Source: Pavona decussata (Eukaryota). From it: a stretch of 64,000 bases of DNA. Each line of letters opens with the position of its first letter. The stretch's first letter is position 1. Made by a program: the position numbers and the translations under genes. The notes under the pieces are model-generated. The model saw only the letters and a program-made list of their open reading frames with translations, ran no database searches and had not been told where the DNA came from. Shown in pieces: positions 61,192-64,000 of the stretch. The stretch covers positions 186,001 through 250,000 of the forward strand of contig CDRNST010000096.1 in assembly GCA_977016875.1 (NCBI GenBank). Reading direction: 5' to 3'.

Positions 61192-62331
61192 TCACCACTA
61201 CAACTTCAGGCCGATTAAAGTGCGTACCCCAAATTTTGGGGTCGTTAAGTATTAATATATTCAAGCTATGGTTCTCTCTTTTGTCGAACAATTTCCGACA
61301 ATAAGGCATGTTTCCGAAGATCGCAAACTCTTTGAAGTAGGTGAGATATTTTATCCTTCCCTGGGGAGGCTAGAGAAATGAATCACCATGATCATGTCGA
61401 CTCGCATCGCGCCGCTTCAGGTTCAAGATTTTTAAAAACAACTTCCCGTCCTGCAAACTAACGAACAATCAATAAACAAATTCCGTTCGCTAAACGGATA
61501 CGTGGATATCCCAATTTGTTTACAGCATTTTATAAAAGATTCTTGCTTTTCAGCTAAAAATTACTTATAAAATCACTGTATATAAAATGTAAATAAGATT
61601 AAAAAGAGCGCGTGGTACATCGGCCAAAGAGCTTATGTTTAATACTGTTTGTCAATGCATCATTAAGTATAATCAGAATGTGACTTCCACGCCAAGTTTC
61701 CCTGTTTTCTTTTATTATTCCTTTTTCGGTTTGATATTTTGGAATCTCTTTGCTAGGAGCAAGTATTTTAGAAACATCAACTTAATTATTATTGACTGCG
61801 TCTTCACCCTTATAAACAAAGCGCCCAACATCAAATGCCGGTTTGCTTAAAGTGAATTACAATTACAACTCTTTTCACAGCTCCTCCTTTTCAAGCTTTT
61901 TTTAGGGAATACAAATCAATGTCTTAGCTTTTTCGTGAAAAAAGTTTCATTAAACAAATGGTATTTGATTTCCACACAGTGCACGCGTCGGGAAGATGAT
62001 CATGCCATGCACAAATTTAATTAAGAATAATAACTTAGCTGTTCTAAGCACTGCTTGACGAAAAATATCGAAACTCGGCTTACAGTGATCAAAACACCAC
62101 GTTCGAGATATCTTTTTAAAGCTCTCAAAATACTCTTCGTTCATTGATATACGAACACCTCAAGAACGAAAACGTCAACATCGAGCACGACATTCAACAT
62201 CTTAAAAAACAGCTCAATTCATATGAGAAACAACAACAAAATGCCGTGACCCAGGCGGAGGAATCTGAGACACGGGATGATAATCATGATAATAATGATA
62301 AACCTTTGTTATACATAATCCCAGACGACAT

Positions 62332-64000
62332 TAGCCGTTTTCACACTAGAGACGGATTATCCATCTAAGACAGATAATCCGTCTTATGTGAAAATGGGAC
62401 GGTCTTCAATTTAGACGAATAATTCGACTGATTTCATCAGTCTGATTACCTATCTATTTAGACGGATTTTGAAGACGAATTATTAGACGGATAATTCGTC
62501 TTGAATTCACATCAGACGGATGAACTTGTCTCATTTTTTTACCGGAAAAGCCTGGAACTAAAGAGAATGCACTGTACCTTGGGAAATAAAACATGGCGCC
62601 TAAAGCTGTCCAAGCCAAACGCCAGAATTAATAGGAAGATAAACCACGAAGCAAAGGGAAAAAGCTAAAGAAGAACACTTGGATCGAAGACCAAACGCCC
62701 ATTTTTGCAACTGTGTTATGGTGTTTGGAAGGCAGAGACAAGCCTTGGGCTCTTGTCTTAGAAACTCTTGCTTTGAAGAAGAGTGCCAACGAAAGTGTTT
62801 TTAGAAAGATACTAGAAGAGTTCGAAGATGCCTTAGAGAAAGAAGGTAAATATGTCAAGGATGAATATTATCTGTTTACTGTCAACCAACTTAGAGCAAA
62901 GTACAAGTGGTTAAAGCAGGAATGGAAGAGGATTAACACAAAGATTAAAACTGGAAGTGGGCTAGAAGCAAAAGATACAGAGGTACCAACCTGGTACGAT
63001 GTGCTTAATCCACTGTTTAGCAAAAGTTGCGATAACATGTTGTCTGTCAGGGTTCAGGAGGACTAAGTGCTAATTTACGTCACATGACGTCACGATGAAG
63101 CACATGTTTTGAGAGACCTCCATCTTGTATTTTTGTCATGAATGCAGTCGAAGGAGATGACAGATTAAACCAAGTTCATGTTTAATAATTGTTCTTATTG
63201 ACCTATGCGAACCCGTTCGGAAGAACAGTCAGCAGTAAAGCAAGTGACTTACGTGATTCAGACAAAGATTCAGGAGATGAAAGCCCAACAGAAAGTGTTT
63301 CTTCAGTGAGCGTTGTGAGCTACAGCAATGACATGGCTCGACGAAAAGTATCCTTATCTCCTGTTAGCGTGGCTGATGGTGATGTTACTGACAGTAGCGT
63401 TAGTGGTGGTAAAGATAGAAATGAGGAGGAGATCGAGGAGGATGGTGATGGGAGACCACAAAAAAGCTAGCAAAGAAAACTGTTGTGAAAGTGGCGTCGA
63501 AAAGTAAAAAACAACCCAAGACACAAACTGTAGCCATGTGGCAGATGGTTCAAAGTATTGAACAATGTTTGTCGCAACAAGAAAAAAACAGTGATCTGAG
63601 GCTGCCAACCATGCTCGAGTCAGAGAGGAAAAGGGACGAGCTATTTCTTAATTTCCAAAGAGAGCAGGCAGAAGCAAACCGAAGGCACGAATTACAGATG
63701 GCCCAGTTGTTAATGCAATCTGGAGCAGGCCGAAGCCTTCCCTCTATGGCTTTACCCACCCACTTGAGCACCCCTGGAATGAAAACTTACCCACATGTAC
63801 CTCGGCAACGGCATACCTGGCATGAAATGACTGATGGTGGTGATCCCACATCAGCTGGAAGCATTCCTTTTTATGAACATCTATGATCTGGACACCATTT
63901 TGTTGTTGTAAAGTTAAAATGTTTTATTCACAAAACAAACTCAACCACAGAAACTAGAAAAATGCAAAGAATGTGTTGTTGTTTTAATATTTAAATTAGA
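62332..64000 (+). mobile_element. Harbinger-like element left part with a Myb/SANT-like gene (~62593-63886, decayed)
   Basis: Terminus tagccgttttcacacta with gacgga subterminal repeats; QLRAKYKWLKQEWKRI...GSGL...WYDVLNPLF, an acidic linker and a coiled-coil C-terminus. Confidence 0.6.
63051..63227. mobile_element. Short insertion with 5-bp TSD GTCAG inside the Myb/SANT gene
   Basis: gtcag at 63046-63050 and 63228-63232; removal restores LSVSSKASDL. Confidence 0.6.

Overview
This is an AT-rich animal genomic window. The mix of transposon families and MITE styles suggests a cnidarian, probably a stony coral; that is inference. I find no convincing host gene. Almost everything is nested, mostly decayed mobile DNA. 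DNA transposons: hAT (5-bp TSD type), ISL2EU (THAP-DDE plus SWIM/YqaJ), AcademX, Harbinger Myb/MADF remnants, a Merlin-like element, Kolobok, a Transib/RAG1/Chapaev-like element with ~136-bp TIRs, and two Cryptons, one with an intact tyrosine-recombinase ORF. Retroelements: Gypsy, BEL/Pao, Copia, DIRS, L2/CR1-group LINEs, three Penelope-like elements and tRNA-derived SINE units. The most striking feature is a ~3.3-kb unit at ~30.4-33.7 kb. There an ssDNA-virus-type Rep gene (HUH endonuclease plus SF3 helicase, no capsid) lies tail-to-tail with an intact DD34E Tc1 transposase, apparently inside one element. Next most interesting are the RAG1-core-like transposon and an endonuclease-less Penelope-like element with a hammerhead ribozyme. 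All family calls come from motif recognition by eye; no searches were run.
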